A program made the translations under genes and the position numbers. Under the pieces are notes generated by a model, which ran no database searches, was not told where the DNA came from, and saw only the letters and a program-made list of their open reading frames with translations. Shown in pieces: positions 19,163 through 30,000 of a stretch of 64,000 bases of DNA; the first letter of the stretch is position 1, and the number at the start of each line of letters is the position of its first letter. The DNA lies in NCBI GenBank assembly GCA_902761055.1, contig CACWIS010000005.1:31248-95247 (forward strand). The letters run 5' to 3'. The DNA is from Oscillospiraceae bacterium. Lineage in GTDB: Bacteria; Bacillota; Clostridia; Oscillospirales; Oscillospiraceae.

Positions 19163-20197
19163 ATGACGGACCGCGAGCTTATGCAAATCGCCCTGCCGCG
19201 GATCGCGGACTGGTATGCGGGAAACCGCAGGCCGCTGCCCTGGCGGGACGAGCCGACGCCCTACCGGGTCTGGATCTCGGAGATCATGCTCCAGCAGACG
19301 CGCATCGAGGCCGTGATCCCCTATTACGAGCGTTTTCTTGCCGAGCTGCCCGACGTCGCCGCGCTCGCGGCCGTGGAGGAGGATCGTCTTCTCAAGCTTT
19401 GGGAGGGTCTTGGCTATTACAGCCGTGCGCGGAATCTGAAAAAAGCCGCCGCGGAGATCATGGCGCGCTTCGGCGGCGCGCTGCCCGCCTCGGCTGCGGA
19501 GCTGAAAACGCTGCCCGGCATCGGAGACTACACGGCCGGAGCGATCGCCTCGATCGCCTTCGGGCAGGGCGAACCCGCCGTGGACGGGAACGTACTGCGC
19601 GTCGTCTCGCGTCTGCTCGCGAGCGGCGAGGACGTGATGCTGCCCGCCACGCGGCGCGCCGTCGCGGCGCTGCTGCGCGAAAGTTACCCGGCGGGCGGGC
19701 GCGCCGCGCTCGTGACCGAGGGTCTGATGGAGCTGGGCGAGACGGCCTGCGTACCGAACGGCGAGGCGCGCTGCGCCTCCTGCCCGCTGCGCGATCTGTG
19801 CCGCGCGGAGGCGGAGGGAGGCGTCGAGCGCTATCCGCTCCGCACGCCGCCGCATCCGCGCCGCGTCGAGGAGCGGACGGTGCTGCTGCTGCGCTGCGGC
19901 GGTCGGACCGCGATCCGCCGTCGGGAGGGCAAGGGTCTGCTCGCCGGTCTGTGGGAATTTCCCTCGCTCGACGGTGCAAAGACCGCGGAGGAGCTGCACG
20001 CCCTCCTTCCGGACGCGCTTTCGATCGCGCCCTGCGGCAAGTCGAAGCATGTTTTCACGCACGTCGAGTGGCGGATGACGGGATATCGCGTCGAGCTGCC
20101 GGCGGAGACGCCCGGCTGCGTCTGGGCGGGCGCGGAGGAGATCCGGGAGAGCTATTCCGTGCCGACGGCCTTCCGGTTTTATCTCAAACAACTGTGA
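19163..20197 (+). CDS. mutY: A/G-specific adenine DNA glycosylase
   Basis: Contains [14 protein letters not shown], the HhH motif [17 protein letters not shown], the Fe-S Cys cluster [18 protein letters not shown] and a C-terminal NUDIX-like domain. Confidence 0.9.
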   Translation: MTDRELMQIALPRIADWYAGNRRPLPWRDEPTPYRVWISEIMLQQTRIEAVIPYYERFLAELPDVAALAAVEEDRLLKLWEGLGYYSRARNLKKAAAEIMARFGGALPASAAELKTLPGIGDYTAGAIASIAFGQGEPAVDGNVLRVVSRLLASGEDVMLPATRRAVAALLRESYPAGGRAALVTEGLMELGETACVPNGEARCASCPLRDLCRAEAEGGVERYPLRTPPHPRRVEERTVLLLRCGGRTAIRRREGKGLLAGLWEFPSLDGAKTAEELHALLPDALSIAPCGKSKHVFTHVEWRMTGYRVELPAETPGCVWAGAEEIRESYSVPTAFRFYLKQL

Positions 20198-20319
20198 CGC
20201 AACGAATCGCAACCGCCGGTTGCGGGATTTCCAAGCCGTCTTTATGGCCTGCAAACGGCGCGTCGGTTAAACTGAAGGCGTCCGAAAGGAAAGAAAACGG
20301 CTCGAAAGGGGTTAGAAAA

Positions 20320-21303
20320 ATGATATTGGCAGACAAGATCATGGAGCTGCGCAAAAAGAACGGATGGTCGCAGGAGGAGCTGGCGGAGAAGATGGACGTG
20401 AGCCGTCAGTCCATTTCCAAATGGGAGAGCGCGCAGTCCGTGCCCGACATGGGCCGGCTCGTCCGTCTGTCCGAGGTTTTCGGCGTGAGCACCGATTATT
20501 TATTGAAGGATGAGCTGGAGAGCGTCGAGCCCTCCGAAAGCGAGAGCGTCGAGGGTTCGCTGCGCAGCGTCTCGATGGAGGAGGCCGCGGCCTTCCTGCG
20601 GATGCGCGAGCAGAACGCGCCGCGCGTCGCGCTGGGCGTGATGCTGTGCATCCTCTCGCCGATCCTGCTGATCGTGCTCGGCGGCGCGAGCGAGATGGGC
20701 AAGCTGGCGCTGAGCGAGACCCAGGCCACGGGGCTCGGTCTGGCGGCGCTGTTCGTGCTCGTCGGCTGCGCGGTGGCGCTGTTCGTCACCTGCTCGCTGC
20801 GCGCGTCGCGTTTTGAGTATCTGGAAAAAGAACCGATCGATACGCTCTACGGCGTGGCGGGCATGGCCCGCGACCGGCGCGAGAAGTTCCAGGGCGTCTA
20901 CACGCGCCAGCTCACGATCGGGATCGTGCTGTGCGTCGTCGCGGCGCTGCCGCTGTTCGTCAGTCTCGTATTCGCGGGCGGGGACGAGTTCATCCACGTG
21001 CTCGCCGTGGGCGCGCTGCTCGCGCTCGTGGCGATCGGCTCGCTGCTGATCGTGCGCGTGTCGATCATCTGGAGCGGCTTCCAGCAGCTGCTCGAGGAGG
21101 GCGACTACGGCCGCGAGAACAAGGCCTTCGAAAAGAAAAACAGCTGGCTTGCCGGCAGCTACTGGCTGCTGGTGACGGCCGGCTATCTCGCCTGGAGCTT
21201 CATCACGGGCCGCTGGGACCAGAGCTGGATCGTCTGGCCCATCGCCGGCGTGGCCTTCGGTGCGATCTGGGCCGTGCTCCGCGCGGTGCAGAAAAACAAA
21301 TAA
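20320..21303 (+). CDS. membrane-anchored XRE-family HTH protein
   Basis: ATG at 20320. [28 protein letters not shown] is followed by about six TM segments. This is the 3' part of the artefactual 733-aa track ORF. Confidence 0.8.
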   Translation: MILADKIMELRKKNGWSQEELAEKMDVSRQSISKWESAQSVPDMGRLVRLSEVFGVSTDYLLKDELESVEPSESESVEGSLRSVSMEEAAAFLRMREQNAPRVALGVMLCILSPILLIVLGGASEMGKLALSETQATGLGLAALFVLVGCAVALFVTCSLRASRFEYLEKEPIDTLYGVAGMARDRREKFQGVYTRQLTIGIVLCVVAALPLFVSLVFAGGDEFIHVLAVGALLALVAIGSLLIVRVSIIWSGFQQLLEEGDYGRENKAFEKKNSWLAGSYWLLVTAGYLAWSFITGRWDQSWIVWPIAGVAFGAIWAVLRAVQKNK

Positions 21304-21318
21304 AAGCCGCATAAGCAT

Positions 21319-21353
21319 AAAAAAAGAGCACCCCGGAGGGTGCTCTTTTTTTA
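21319..21353. terminator. bidirectional intrinsic terminator
   Basis: Stem AGAGCACCC/GGGTGCTCT flanked by A- and T-runs. Confidence 0.8.
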
Positions 21354-21374
21354 TGCCGTTATGGGGTCGCGCAT

Positions 21375-23048
21375 TCAGGGAGCCTGCTCGACGATGACGA
21401 TGCGGCCCTGGCCGGTGAGGTCCTCGTACTCCTCGCCGATCACACCGCCGAGATCCTCGGTGATGTAGTCGATCAGCACCTGGTTGTCGAGTTTCACGCG
21501 GTCCTGCAGCACCGGCGCGCCGGCAAACATCGAGTAGCCGTCGCCGCTGTTGAGCAGCATGTAGTCGTGGCTGGCAAGCGTGTAGGTCGCCTCGGGATCG
21601 ATGGGCTCGCCGCCGATCAGCACGTTCTGCACGCGGCGCTCGCCCTCGACGCCGGCGAACATGCCGTTCTCGTCGGTCTTGCAGCCGGACTCGATGTAGC
21701 TGTGGATCTCATAGCTCAGTCCCGCGACCTGCAGGAAGCCGCCGGTCTCGCCCGGGACGGCGCGGGAGCCCCACTCGAGCGCGTCAAGGATCTGCTGGCC
21801 CTTGACCTCGATGACGCACATGGCGTTGCCGAAGGGGTGGACGCTGAGGATATCGCCGAGCGTGATCTTGCCGGCCTTGATATTGGCGCGCACGCCGCCG
21901 CCGTTGACGAACGCGACGTCGGCGCCGGACTGGGAGAGATAAGCGTCTGCGCAGAGGTCGCCGAGGTTGGTCTCGGCCCGGCGGACCATGCGGATGGGTC
22001 TGCCGTTGTCGTCCACGGCCTCGGGATCATTGACGGTCAGGAGCACCTGGCTGCTGGCGACGACCTCCTTGAGCTTCTTCTCCAGCGCGCCGGAGGCCTT
22101 GGCCACATTGGCCGACATCTTGTTGGCGAGGCCGAGCAGAGCCGGTGCGGGGTCGCTGTTGTTCCAGGTGTAGAGGCCGGTCGTGATCGTGCCGTCGACC
22201 GCGATGCGGCAATAGCCGATGCAGGCAAGCTTGGTGCCGCAGGCGCTGCGGAGCACGTCCTCGCCGTTCTTGTTCTTCATCTTGATCTGGTCGGTGTCAT
22301 GGCTGTGGCCGTCGAGGAAGACGTCGATGCCGCTGGTGTTGGCGATGACGTCGCCGTAGGTCCAGGGATGGCATTCCTCTTCGTTGCCCAGGTGGCCCAT
22401 GGCGACGACGTAGTCGACGCCCTCCGCGCGGGCCGCGTCGACGGCGGACTGGACGGCGTTGTACACGCCCTCGCCGCTTTCGTCCTGGAAGAAGCCGTAG
22501 ACAAACTCGCCGTTCTCATCCTGAAAGTACTTCGGCGTGGAGGAGGTCAGGGTCTTGGGCGTGGTCACGCCGACGAAAGCGATCTTCGCGCCGCCGAGCT
22601 CACGGATCACATAGGGCTGGAAGACCAGTTCGCCCTCGCGGTTGAAGTTGCAGCTGATATAGTCGAACTTGGCCTGCTTGGTCAGAGAGAGGAACTGATC
22701 CATGCCGTAGTCGAATTCGTGGTTGCCGGGGATGGCGATGCTGTAGCCCATCTTGTTCATCAGATCGAGCAGGGCCTCGCCCTTGGTCATCGTACCGATC
22801 GGCTCGCCCTGGATGTTGTCGCCGTCGTCGACGAGGATGACGTCGTTGCCCTGGGCGGCCAGATAGTCGCGGATCTCGGCAAGGCCGGCGTAGCCGAAGC
22901 CCTGATCGATGCCGCAGTGCACGTCGCTCGTGAAGAGGATCACCACGTCGGCGCTGCGCTCGCCCTCGTCGGCCGCGAGAGCCGTGCCGCAGAAGAGCGC
23001 GAAGAGCAGCGTGAGGATCAGCAGAAAGGACAGAAATCTCTTTGTCAT
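21375..23048 (-). CDS. secreted bifunctional metallophosphatase / 5'-nucleotidase
   Basis: Signal peptide MTKRFLSFLLILTLLFALFCGTALA. Metallophosphatase motifs SDVHCG, DDGDN and GNHEFDYG, plus a C-terminal 5'-nucleotidase domain. Confidence 0.88.
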   Translation of the reverse strand: MTKRFLSFLLILTLLFALFCGTALAADEGERSADVVILFTSDVHCGIDQGFGYAGLAEIRDYLAAQGNDVILVDDGDNIQGEPIGTMTKGEALLDLMNKMGYSIAIPGNHEFDYGMDQFLSLTKQAKFDYISCNFNREGELVFQPYVIRELGGAKIAFVGVTTPKTLTSSTPKYFQDENGEFVYGFFQDESGEGVYNAVQSAVDAARAEGVDYVVAMGHLGNEEECHPWTYGDVIANTSGIDVFLDGHSHDTDQIKMKNKNGEDVLRSACGTKLACIGYCRIAVDGTITTGLYTWNNSDPAPALLGLANKMSANVAKASGALEKKLKEVVASSQVLLTVNDPEAVDDNGRPIRMVRRAETNLGDLCADAYLSQSGADVAFVNGGGVRANIKAGKITLGDILSVHPFGNAMCVIEVKGQQILDALEWGSRAVPGETGGFLQVAGLSYEIHSYIESGCKTDENGMFAGVEGERRVQNVLIGGEPIDPEATYTLASHDYMLLNSGDGYSMFAGAPVLQDRVKLDNQVLIDYITEDLGGVIGEEYEDLTGQGRIVIVEQAP

Positions 23049-23082
23049 GGGTTCTACCTCGATTCATAAAAAGGATGGAAAC

Positions 23083-23111
23083 AGTATAGCACAGATAGGA
23101 AAAACTCTCAA
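23083..23111 (-). promoter_or_regulatory. sigma-70-like promoter for the 5'-nucleotidase gene
   Basis: On the minus strand: TTGAGA, 17 nt, TATACT (23088-23083). The -35 element overlaps the upstream terminator stem. Confidence 0.35.
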
Positions 23112-23142
23112 TCATTTCCTGGGAAATAATCGAGAGTTTTTT
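23099..23142 (-). terminator. intrinsic terminator after the HD-domain gene
   Basis: An imperfect stem of about 18 bp (AAACTCTCGATTATTTCC / GGAAATGATTGAGAGTTT on the minus strand) followed by TTTTTCC. Confidence 0.65.
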
Positions 23143-23146
23143 CATA

Positions 23147-23713
23147 TTATACACCTTCCCGCCCGATCTTTTCGATCGTGTCGGCGAGGATCTCGCGCCG
23201 CAGCGCGGTAAGCCATTCGGAGAAAGCCACGGCGTCGAAGGCATAGCGGCGGTTGAGCTCATACTCGTTCTCCGTCCAGGTCGACAGCGGCGATTCATTG
23301 TGCTGGATCACGGCCTCGAGCTTGTCGAGCGCCTTGTAGAGCTTTGCCTCGCCCGTTTGCTGCGCGTCCATTTCCGCGTAGAGCGCGGCCATGGAGCGGG
23401 ACAGCTCCTCCGGCAGCGAGGCGACCCAGCGTGCCAGCAGGCTGTCCTCGGTCTCGCGGTCCGCCGCGGTCTTGACGAAGGCCGGGATATCCCCCGTGAA
23501 GCACTCGCCCAGGTCGTGGATCAGGCACATGGCCGTGACCTTGTCCATGTCCAGCTCGGGAAACTCGCCGCGCAGGAGGAAGGCCATCAGCGCCGTGCGC
23601 CAGCTGTGCTCGGCGACGCTCTCCGGCTTTCCGTGCGAGCTGGTGCAGTGCCGCGTCGTGTCCTTGAGCCGCTCGGCGACGTGCAAAATCTCCAGAAATT
23701 CTCTCGGCTCCAT
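23147..23713 (-). CDS. HD-domain phosphohydrolase (YfbR-like 5'-deoxynucleotidase family)
   Basis: Contains ESVAEHSWRTAL and CLIHDLGECFTGDIP (H...HD...D). Confidence 0.8.
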   Translation of the reverse strand: MEPREFLEILHVAERLKDTTRHCTSSHGKPESVAEHSWRTALMAFLLRGEFPELDMDKVTAMCLIHDLGECFTGDIPAFVKTAADRETEDSLLARWVASLPEELSRSMAALYAEMDAQQTGEAKLYKALDKLEAVIQHNESPLSTWTENEYELNRRYAFDAVAFSEWLTALRREILADTIEKIGREGV

Positions 23714-23726
23714 GTCCTGTCCCCTT

Positions 23727-24941
23727 TCAATTCCAGTTCTGGAACATGACCAGCAGAGCGTTGTAGCTCTCGGTCCCCCATGTTTTCCAGTTGTGCGTGC
23801 CCTCCACGTCGACGTGAAAGGCGTTCTCGCCCCGCACGATCCCGCCGCAGGCGTCCGCGATCAGATCGAAGCGCTTTTCGGTGTTCTCCCGCTGGAAATC
23901 CGTCGTTCCGGCGCCGGTGATGAAGCAGTACACCGGCAGCTCGGCGGCGTCGGGCGCGCCGAGGCGCGCGATCACGGCCTCCGCCGTCTCGGGATAGTTG
24001 CCCGAGAAGCAGGCGTAGTTCCCGAAAAGCTCGAAATTATCCGCAAAACCCGCGCTCAGGGCGTAGAGCGCGCCGTTGGACAGGCCGATCAGCCCGAAGT
24101 GCGCCCGCGCCGCCCGGATCGCCTCTTCGGAGGGATCCGCCGCGTAGGTGTTGTAATGCCCGGCGACGTAGGGCAGGATCAGCGTCCTCAGCCGCCCGGC
24201 GAGGTTTTTCTCGCCGTATCCGGTAAAGCTGTTCTCCTCGACGAGGGAATAGACGTTCACGCTCACGAGGATAAAAGGCTCGCAGAGCTTTTCATACAGC
24301 ATCCGGTCATAGATCAGACGGAAGCAGGTGCCGTCCCCGCCGTTGGGGATGTGGACCTTGTCCATCATGCCGTGCTCGTCTCCGCCCGCGCCGTGCAGCG
24401 CGATCACGACGTTGTAGCGCCTCTCGCCGTCCGCGGCGTCGTAGCCGCAGGGAAGATAGACCAGCGCGGCCTTCTTTCTCGCTTTCTTATCGGCCGGGTC
24501 CTCCGCGCTGCGGAAATCGATCGTCTCGATGCTCCCCTGCTCGGGAGAGGGGGCGAAGTAGGCCTCCGGCAGCGTGCCCGTGCAGAAGGGCGGCACGGCG
24601 CCGCAGCGCAGGCAGCGCCCGTCTCGGTAGCGATGCGCCGCATACTCGCCGCAGCAGGCGCACAGATGCGTCCGCTCGTCGTGCTCCGGGTGCGGGCAGA
24701 CGTTCCCGCATAGCTTGCAGACTCCCCCCGCCCAGTCGTGCGGGCAGGCATAGCCGCAGACCGTGCAGACCCCGTCGACGTACCGCGGATGGGCGCAGGG
24801 CGTCGGGTCTGGCGTGCTCTCCGGCTCCGGCGCGGGCGTTTCGGCGGGCGCGGCCTCCGGCGCGTTTCCGCCGCAGGCGCACAGGCACAGCAGCGCGAGC
24901 GCGAGCAGCGCCGCGGCCGCCCGTTTTCCTCTTGCCTTCAA
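23727..24941 (-). CDS. lipoprotein esterase (putative-esterase alpha/beta hydrolase) with N-terminal Cys-rich repeats
   Basis: Lipobox LLCLCACGG. Repeats CTVCGYACPH, CKLCGNVCPH, CACCG and CLRCG precede a hydrolase core with GLSNG. Paralogue of 7982-9166. Confidence 0.75.
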   Translation of the reverse strand: MKARGKRAAAALLALALLCLCACGGNAPEAAPAETPAPEPESTPDPTPCAHPRYVDGVCTVCGYACPHDWAGGVCKLCGNVCPHPEHDERTHLCACCGEYAAHRYRDGRCLRCGAVPPFCTGTLPEAYFAPSPEQGSIETIDFRSAEDPADKKARKKAALVYLPCGYDAADGERRYNVVIALHGAGGDEHGMMDKVHIPNGGDGTCFRLIYDRMLYEKLCEPFILVSVNVYSLVEENSFTGYGEKNLAGRLRTLILPYVAGHYNTYAADPSEEAIRAARAHFGLIGLSNGALYALSAGFADNFELFGNYACFSGNYPETAEAVIARLGAPDAAELPVYCFITGAGTTDFQRENTEKRFDLIADACGGIVRGENAFHVDVEGTHNWKTWGTESYNALLVMFQNWN

Positions 24942-24946
24942 GGTCC

Positions 24947-25171
24947 TTATTCCCCGATATCGCCGCGCACGACCTTGCCGATGTTCCAGACCTGCGCCGC
25001 GCGCCGCGCCGCATCGAGCCGTCCCTCGGGCGTTCTGAACTCAAAATGCGCGGTCTGCGCGCCGCAGTCCATGCAGGTCACGGTCCAGCACCAGCCGTTT
25101 TCCTCCGCCAGCAGGCCGGCTCCCCCGCAGAAGGGGCAGTCCTGCAGCGTCAGCTCCTCGTGGATGTCCAT
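24947..25171 (-). CDS. Lar-family-like zinc-ribbon protein
   Basis: Internal ATG at 25171 with AAGGAG 6 nt upstream. 74 aa. The pattern CPFCGG...C.DCGA...A...WN matches my recollection of Lar restriction-alleviation proteins. Confidence 0.55.
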   Translation of the reverse strand: MDIHEELTLQDCPFCGGAGLLAEENGWCWTVTCMDCGAQTAHFEFRTPEGRLDAARRAAQVWNIGKVVRGDIGE

Positions 25172-25310
25172 GTCGATCTCCTTTGCCGCTTTTTCTGTTA
25201 TTATACCCGATGCGACGCCGCTTCGCAAGCCGCGCTTTTTTTCATCCCGCTCTTTTCAAATCCGTTTCGAGCCGCTATAATGGACGCATCTTCTCTGTGG
25301 GAGGAACGAA

Positions 25311-25580
25311 ATGAAAGCCATCGTCTCCGTCTTTGCCCGCGACGCCAAGGGCATCACCGCCTACGTCACCGGCCTGCTGGCCGCGCGGGAGATCAACATC
25401 CTCGACATCAGCCAGACGCTGATGCAGGAATACTTCACCATGATCATGCTCGTCGATCTCGCAGACTGTCCCCTGCCCTTCGACGCGCTTGCGCGCGAGC
25501 TGCAGGAAAAGGGTGAAGAGCGCGCGCTCGCCATCCACATCCAGCGGCAGGATATCTTTGACGCCATGCACCGCATCTGA
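25311..25580 (+). CDS. ACT-domain protein (UPF0237)
   Basis: 89 aa. Starts MKAIVSVFARDAKGITAYVTGLLA. Shows the conserved pairing with the following UPF0210 gene. Confidence 0.8.
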   Translation: MKAIVSVFARDAKGITAYVTGLLAAREINILDISQTLMQEYFTMIMLVDLADCPLPFDALARELQEKGEERALAIHIQRQDIFDAMHRI

Positions 25581-25598
25581 TCCGGGAGGCGCGAGAGT

Positions 25599-26966
25599 AT
25601 GAGCTATCTCATGAACACGGACGAGATCCTGCAGACCATCCGCATGATCGACCAGCAGCACCTCGACGTGCGTACGATCACGCTGGGGCTGGACCTGCTC
25701 GACTGTGCCGACGAGAGCGCCGCGCGCTGCGCCGGGAAGGTCTACGACAAGATCTGCCGCCGCGCCGAGACGCTGGTCGCCACGGGTGAGAGCATCGAGC
25801 GTGAGTTCGGCATCCCCATCGTCAACAAGCGCGTGAGCGTCACGCCCATCGCGCTCGTCGCCGCCGCCTGCCGGGACGAGAGCCTTACGGAGATCGCGCT
25901 GAAGATGGACGCGGCGGCCAAGGCCGTCGGCGTCAACTTTATCGGCGGCTTCTCCGCGCTGGTGCACAAGGGCTACAGCGACGGCGACCGCAGGCTGATC
26001 GCCTCGATCCCGGAGGCGCTTGCCGCGACCGAGCGGGTCTGCGCGAGCGTCAACGTCGGCTCGACGCGCTCGGGCATCAATATGGACGCTGTGGCCAGGA
26101 TGGGCCGCGTCATCAAGCAGACCGCGCAGCGCACCGCTGAAAACGACGGTCTCGGCTGTGCGAAGCTGGTCGTTTTCTGCAACGCGGTGGAGGACAACCC
26201 CTTCATGGCCGGCGCCTTCCACGGCGTGGGCGAGGCGGAGTGCGCCGTGAACGTCGGCGTGTCCGGGCCGGGCGTCGTGTACGAGGCGCTGCGCGAGTGC
26301 GCCGGCGCGCCCTTCGACGTCGTGGCCGAGACGATCAAGCGCACGGCCTTCAAGGTCACGCGCATGGGCCAGCTCGTCGCGCAGGAGGCCTCCCGGCGGC
26401 TCGGCGTGCCCTTCGGGATCGTCGACCTCTCGCTGGCGCCGACGCCCGTCAAGGGCGACAGCGTGGCGCGCATCCTCGAGGCGATGGGGCTGGAGGTATG
26501 CGGCACGCACGGCACGACGGCCGCGCTGGCGCTGCTCAACGACGCGGTCAAAAAGGGCGGCGTCATGGCCTCGAGCCATGTGGGCGGCCTTTCCGGCGCC
26601 TTCATCCCCGTCAGCGAGGACGAGGGCATGATCGCCGCCGTGCGTGAGGGCACGCTGTGCATCGACAAGCTCGAGGCCATGACCTGCGTGTGCTCGGTGG
26701 GGCTCGACATGATCGCCGTGCCGGGCGAGACGAGCGCCGAAACGCTCTCGGCCATCCTGGCCGACGAGGCCGCGATCGGCATGATCAACAACAAGACCAC
26801 CGCCGTGCGTCTGATCCCCGCGCCGGGCAAGAAGGCCGGGGACACGGTGGAGATCGGCGGGCTGTTCGGCTCCGCCCCGGTGATGGACGTGCACGCCGCG
26901 TCCTCGGCGGATTTCATCGCGCGCGGCGGGCGCATCCCCGCGCCGCTGCACGCGCTGCGGAACTGA
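25599..26966 (+). CDS. UPF0210 / DUF711 (PFL-family) protein
   Basis: 455 aa, with the family-typical N-terminus [21 protein letters not shown]. Confidence 0.8.
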   Translation: MSYLMNTDEILQTIRMIDQQHLDVRTITLGLDLLDCADESAARCAGKVYDKICRRAETLVATGESIEREFGIPIVNKRVSVTPIALVAAACRDESLTEIALKMDAAAKAVGVNFIGGFSALVHKGYSDGDRRLIASIPEALAATERVCASVNVGSTRSGINMDAVARMGRVIKQTAQRTAENDGLGCAKLVVFCNAVEDNPFMAGAFHGVGEAECAVNVGVSGPGVVYEALRECAGAPFDVVAETIKRTAFKVTRMGQLVAQEASRRLGVPFGIVDLSLAPTPVKGDSVARILEAMGLEVCGTHGTTAALALLNDAVKKGGVMASSHVGGLSGAFIPVSEDEGMIAAVREGTLCIDKLEAMTCVCSVGLDMIAVPGETSAETLSAILADEAAIGMINNKTTAVRLIPAPGKKAGDTVEIGGLFGSAPVMDVHAASSADFIARGGRIPAPLHALRN

Positions 26967-26974
26967 TAACGCAA

Positions 26975-27012
26975 ACAAAAAAGCTCTCTGCGATCGCAGA
27001 GAGCTTTTTTTG
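26975..27012. terminator. bidirectional intrinsic terminator
   Basis: Stem AGCTCTCTGC/GCAGAGAGCT with a GATC loop, flanked by AAAAA and TTTTTTT. Confidence 0.85.
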
Positions 27013-27025
27013 CTTTGATCGGGGA

Positions 27026-30000
27026 TCATTCCTTGCCGGCCAGTCTCTTGTACTTGGCGTAGCGGCGGGCGGTGAAATCCTCCGCCTGCGCAAAGAGCAG
27101 CTCGGCGCGCTCCGGGAAGGTACGGGTCAGGGACGAGAAGCGGACCTCGCCCATCATGTACTCGCGCAGCTTGCCGTTCGGCTCGCCGGAGTCGAGCACG
27201 AAGGGATTGCCGCCCTCCTTCTCGATGTCCGGGTTGTAGTGGTACAGCGGCCAGAACCCGCACTCGGTGGCGGCCTTCGCCTCGTCCATGACCTTGCTCA
27301 TGCCCTTGGACAGGCCGTGGTTGATGCAGGGCGCGTAGGCGATGACGATCGACGGGCCGTGGTAGGCCGCGGCCTCCTTGAGGCAGCGGATCGCGTGCTC
27401 GGGGTTCGCGCCGAGGTTGATCTGCGCGACGTAGACGTAGCCGTAGTTTGAGAGGATCACGCCCATGTCCTTCTTCGGCGTGGCCTTGCCGGCGGCCGCG
27501 AACTGCACGGCGGCGCCGATCGGCGTGGCCTTGGAGGACTGTCCGCCGGTGTTGGCGTAGAGCTCGTTGTCCATGACCAGGACGTTGAGGTCGAGACCCG
27601 AGGCCAGCACGTGGTCGAGACCGCCGTAGCCGATGTCGTAGGCCCAGCCGTCGCCGCCGACCATCCAGATGGCCTTCTTGGTCAGCGTGTCCTCGCGGGA
27701 GCGGATGTAGTCGATGTCGGCGCTCTGTTCCTTCGTCTCGGCGAGCGCGGCGCGCACCGCGTCGGCGACCTCTGCGGTCTTGTCGACGTCTCCGCCCTCG
27801 TCGAGCCAGCGCTGCAGCGCGGCCTTGAGCTGCTCGTCGGCGGTCGCCTCGATCACGGCGCGGGCGTGCAGGGCGGTCTGCTCACGCATCTGCTCGGCCG
27901 AGAGGCTGATGCCCAGGGCGAACTCGGCGTTGTTCTCGAACAGGGAGTTCGAGAAAGCGGGGCCGAAGCCGCGCTTGTTGACGGTCTGCGGGAAGGTCGG
28001 GGCGAAGAAGCCGTAGGCCTGCGAGCAGCCGGTGGCGTTGGCGGTGTACATGCGGTCGCCGAAGAGCTGGGTAAGGAGCTTGATATAGGGCGTCTCGCCG
28101 CAGCCGGGGCAGGCGCCGGCAAACTCGTAGAGCGGCTGCTCGTACTGGCTGCCCTTGGCGGAAAACTTGTTCATCGGGTTGGGCTTCTCGCTGAGCGTCA
28201 GGCAGTGGTCCCAGTTCTTCTGCTCGGCGCGCACGTCGTCCAGCGGGACCATGTGCAGGGCCTTCTCCTTGGCCGGGCAGACGTTGACGCAGCTGCCGCA
28301 GCCCTGGCAGTCGAGCACGCCGACCTGGATGCGGTAGCGCAGGCCCTCGAAGCCCTTGCCGATCGCCTTCTTGGTCACGCAGCTCTCGGGCGCGGCGGCG
28401 GCCTCCTCCTCCGTGAAGAGGAAGGGACGGATCGCGCCGTGCGGGCAGACCAGCGAGCAGCGGTTGCAGCCGATGCACTTGTCGGCGTCCCAGACCGGGA
28501 CGTTGTCGGCCACGCCGCGCTTCTCGAACTTCGCCATGGAGATGGGCATGACGCCGTCGGCGTACTGGCTGAAGGTGCTCACGGGGATGTTGTCGCCGTC
28601 GGCGCGGTTCATCGGGATGAGGACCTTGCGCACGTACTCGGGCAGATCGCCGTCGATCTTCAGCTCCTCGTCCTTGAGCTCGGCCCACTCGGCGGGCACT
28701 TCGATCTTCACCATGTCGGTCAGGCCTCGCTCAATGGCGGCGAGGTTCATGTTGACGATCTTCTCGCCCTTCTTCGAGAAGGTCTTGATCGCGGCCTGCT
28801 TCATGTACTCCTCGGCCTGATCGATCGGCAGCACGCCGGAGAGCTTGAAAAACGCGGCCTGCAGGACGGTGCTCGTGCGGTTGCCCAGACCGATCTCCTC
28901 GGCGATGTCGGTCGCGTCGATCGTGTAGAACTGCACCTTGCGCTCGGCGAGTAGCCTCTTGGCGCGGTTGGGCAGGTTCTCGGCGAGCGTCTCGCCCTTC
29001 CAGCGGGTGTTGAGCAGGAAGATGCCGCCGGGCTTGACCTCGTTGACGATGTCGTAGGTGAACATGTAGCTCTGCTTGTGGCAGGCCACGAAGTCCGCCA
29101 TCGTGACGTAGTAGGTGGACTGGATCGGCTCGTGGCCGAAGCGCAGATGGCTGCGGGTCAGGCCGCCGGATTTCTTCGCGTCATACTGGAAGTAGGCCTG
29201 CACGTACTGATCGGTGTTGTCGCCGATGATCTTGCAGGAGTTCTTGTTCGCGCCGACGGTGCCGTCGGACCCGAGGCCCCAGAACTTGCAGGAGATGATC
29301 GACTTGCCGGAGGTGACGATGTTCTCGCCGACCGGCAGGGACAGGTGCGTCACGTCGTCGTTGATGCCGACGGTGAAGTGGTTTTTGCGCTCGCCCTTCA
29401 TGTTGTCGAACACGGCCTTGATCTGGGCGGGCGTGGTGTCCTTGGAGCTCAGGCCGTAGCGGCCGCCGAGCAGCTGCAGCTTCAGGCCGGACTCGGCCAG
29501 CGCGGCGCTGACGTCCTCGTAGATCGGCTCGCCGAGGGAGCCGGGCTCCTTCGTGCGGTCGAGCGTCGTGAGGACCTTGCAGCTCGCCGGGACGGCGGCG
29601 AGGAAGTGCTTGAGGGAGAAGGGACGGTAGAGGCGGATCTGGATGAGGCCGACCTTCTCGCCGCGCTCGCAGAGGTAGTTGACGACCTCCTGCGCGCACT
29701 GGCAGACGGAGCCCATCGCGACGATGACGCGCTCTGCCTCGGGGTCGCCGAAGTAGTTGAAGAGCTTGTAGTCGCGGCCCGTCAGGGCGGACATCTTCGC
29801 CATGTACTCCTCGACGACGGCCGGGAAGGCGTCGTAGGTCGGGTTGGAGGCCTCGCGGTGCTGGAAGAAGATGTCGTCGTTCTCGCCGCTGTTGCGGATC
29901 GTCGGGTGCTCGGGGTTCAGCGAGCGGTCGCGGAACTTTTTCAGCTCGTCCCAGTCGAGCATCTTGCCGAGCTCCTCGTAGTCGAGCACGTCGATCTTCT

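Noticed and set aside
19102-21303. A 733-aa ORF that could be read as a large fusion protein.
   Set aside because: Its first 400 codons are an out-of-frame read across mutY and are Arg/Ala/Gly-rich. Only the last 327 codons, from the ATG at 20320, encode a coherent XRE HTH plus TM protein.
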